A stretch of 64,000 nucleotides of DNA from the NCBI GenBank assembly GCA_004431415.1, contig QPMI01000206.1, positions 111,446 to 175,445 on the forward strand, read 5' to 3'. Both the position numbers and the translations under genes were made by a program. This DNA is from Cyanophora paradoxa CCMP329. Lineage: Eukaryota > Plantae > Glaucophyta. Of this stretch, positions 61,391-64,000 are shown piece by piece; position 1 is the stretch's first letter; each line of letters opens with the position of its first letter. Below the pieces are notes generated by a model that saw only the letters and a list, made by a program, of their open reading frames with translations, was not told the origin of the DNA and made no database searches.

Positions 61391-62122
61391 CTAAGGGCGC
61401 CAGATAGGCCTTCCGTCATCCTGCTTGATCGAACCGATCTTCCCGCAACGCTGGCAGCACGCCGAGGCGGGGCGTTGGCCTTTCCCTCCGCGGCACCTGC
61501 GGAAAGGTGAGCTCGAGCGCGCAGCTGGCGGGCGGTCGTCTGCACTCGCCGCTTCTCGTCGGGCGCCAGCTTGATCTTGTACATCTTGGCCACTGTTCGC
61601 GTCGTTCTCAACCCCAGGCCGAGGATCCTCGCCAGCTCGCGCTCGGCCCGCGAGAAACCGCCGTACAGCGCGGGGTCTGGAGCGGGACAAGTGAGAGGCG
61701 GGCGACGTGCCAGGGTTGGATTCGATGCTGCTCTAGATTTGCAAGAAACGCTAAGGATCTCAGGGCGGATGCGGCGGCACGTAGCGACGGCGGCGCACCT
61801 TCGGGGAGCGGTGGGATCGGGGGATCGGGCGCTCGCGGCCAGACGAGGGGCGCACCATATCGCTTCTCCAGAGCGAGCTCGTAACGTTCTTGCGCTGCGA
61901 GAGCGGGCCGATAGAGTGAGAAGCTAAAAGCGCGGCACGCATAAGGCGCGGACCGGAAGCCGGGACGCGGAACTTGTCGAGCGCTCCGGGAAGCTGAAAC
62001 CAGTACTGCGGCTCATCGAAAGGCTGTTCGATGTGCTCATCCGAGATGAACGTCTCCGCCGGCTCGCTCGGAACGTCGTCAATCCCCGGAGACCGCCGCG
62101 ACGCCAGAGAATGCGGCGGCAT
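61391..62122 (-). CDS. Hypothetical protein (4 exons) with Cys-rich basic C-terminus
   Basis: MPPHSLASRR...; three introns (GTCCGC, GTGCGC and GCGAGT donors) keep the frame through ERELARILGLGLRTTRTVAKMYKIKL to RCRGGKGQRPASACCQRCGK...PIWRP*. Confidence 0.5.
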
Positions 62123-64000
62123 CTTCTAAAGTCCTTGATGGCTAGCTCAATGCAATACAGGCACACTAGATCGCTGACGCGCCGTCCCGCCAACTTTCCA
62201 CGATTCTCTACCAGTGATGCTGCGACTCTCCGGTTCGCTTTAGGATCGTATTTCTGGCTACGACGCGGAGCTGCGGCAGCGAACGAGGCGAAACGGCTGC
62301 TCGACTTTTGATCCCTGTGAGCTGTAGCCCCCCAGCGCGTTCGCAACTTTGCTCAATTGGGCTTCTTGCGTCAGCTTGCCGCATCAGCTGAGGCCTTGTT
62401 TGGTCAGCAAGTGCAAGGTTCGCGCCGCCTACGTCGCTGCGGCCTCGGATCCGCTTACTTTACCTGCAGGATCCTTCAAATCGCTCTGCGAATGCGAGAA
62501 TCCGCCTAAGGGGAGCTCTGGTTGCTGGTCTTGGCCCTTGCCCAGGAAGCTTATCGAGCCTGCCGCCTGGTTCCGAGCCCAACATCGGCAGTCTTCTCGT
62601 CGAGTAGTAGTGCGCCGCGCGTTGTTCCGCATCAAATGCAGCTGCCCTGCCCGCTCTCTTTGCCGCGGCTGCACTGTGCTGTGCGGAAACGCTACGCTTA
62701 AACCCGAAAGGGATCGCGCGCCCCCCGCTCTCTTTGCCGCGGAAGCGCTACGGCTAACTGCAGCTGTTCACGGCGGTCCATTTCGGTCGGTTCGAGCGCA
62801 GGCCTCGCGCAAGGCACCTTAATCTTCACGTGCACGCTGCTGGCGGTCTCCAGGAGCCTGGCCTAGGCCTACGACGAGGTGCGACTGCAGCGTGCAGCCC
62901 CTCGCGCGCGCTGGCGCCTTCGCTAGCGCTGGCTGCCGCGCCCTCGAGCTCGGGCTCAGCTAGCGCTTGCAGCTGAGATCTGAACTCGAAATCTCGTGTG
63001 CAGCTGCCTCTTAGATCGGATCCCGGCCTTCGAATTCAGAGGGACATGGAGGACTTCAAGGCGCATACCCCTCCCCACATGCCTGGGCCTAGGCCCAGCG
63101 TCCTCCTCTCTGATCTTCCCCATTCGTCCCGCTGCAGATCGGCGGGGGCCGGCGCACGCGGCTGCCGCAGGGGCCCTCGGGCGCGACGGACGCGCAGGCC
63201 TCCTCTCCAGCGTCGATAACATTGGATCATGATCATGAGGGCTCCGACAACATCGGCCATGACCATCTTTGTTTAGAGGGCCCAGCGGCGCCGGCTGTGC
63301 CCTGAGGCAAAGCCATGGCCAGGGGCCAGGTACCGCTCTTCCTGGCCCCGGCCCTTCCCTCTGGGGCCCCGGCCTGTCCCCTTCTGAATTCCTTTCAAGT
63401 TTCCTGTCCCTCTAGAGCGGCAGCACTAGCTATAGTGGTCATCATGATCAGCTGTCAGCTATAGCTAAAAGCCCTACGATATCGATTGTGTGGGTATATA
63501 CCGATTCAATCCAGTAGACTCTGATATACAGACTCTGAGACACCTCACGTGCAGATCCATACCGTAGTACTGAAAGCTACGCCCTAAACCAAATCTATAC
63601 CACGATAGCTACCTAGATCTATTGCTGTGTCGAAAATATTCGCTAAACGCCATACTATGATATATAATCACGTCAACGTGGACTCGCAGATCTAGAGCAG
63701 GTGCATACGTATACGAATCACACTGTACTAAATCAGTCGACGTCTACATGCTCTAACTGATTCAACTTGCAACAGTATTAGCCTGCAACCACCATAGCCT
63801 CACTGAGTCGCTGTACATGTCTGCCTGCCGAGATCGCAGAATCAACGTCCAACCGTACGCGTCGACCAGCCATCTTAGACGCTCGCGAAGCTCTAGATCT
63901 ATAGCTAGAGCAGGGGAAAACGCGAGGAAGGCGCCACAGCTGCAGCTGCAGGCCATAACAAGGGGAAGAAGAGAAGGAAGCCTGGGAAGAACTTCGAAAA

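Overview
Eukaryotic nuclear DNA, very GC-rich in genes and extremely intron-dense. Introns are mostly ~50-110 nt and C-rich, with CTGAC/CTCAC branch points and GT- or GC-donors, so almost none of the six-frame ORFs are real proteins; all genes below were spliced by hand. Two plastid-pathway genes begin with Phe-containing transit-peptide-like leaders (MSAF..., MMF...). Together with the intron density this points to a glaucophyte-like alga (inference). About 16 genes are present: pyruvate formate-lyase, a tandem-CCCH zinc-finger protein (plus an inverted partial copy ~15 kb away), an ~11-kb TmcB-like membrane PAS-adenylate cyclase, a SOX/MATA-type HMG-box factor, plastid glutamyl endopeptidase (S9), an NAD(P)H-FMN reductase, an F-box protein, leuB, RAD51, a secreted subtilase, WDR6/Trm734, an ankyrin protein and several hypotheticals, plus a TA-flanked MITE. 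The most unusual signals are in the DNA rather than the proteins. (1) A GTAC(CCC) motif saturates the bodies of some genes, in introns and at synonymous codon positions, but not others. (2) Long intergenic regions are built from overlapping perfect palindromes. (3) GC-AG introns and microexons are frequent. (4) Four head-to-head gene pairs have ~210-250 bp spacers, three sharing a CGACTC motif. All counts are approximate hand counts.
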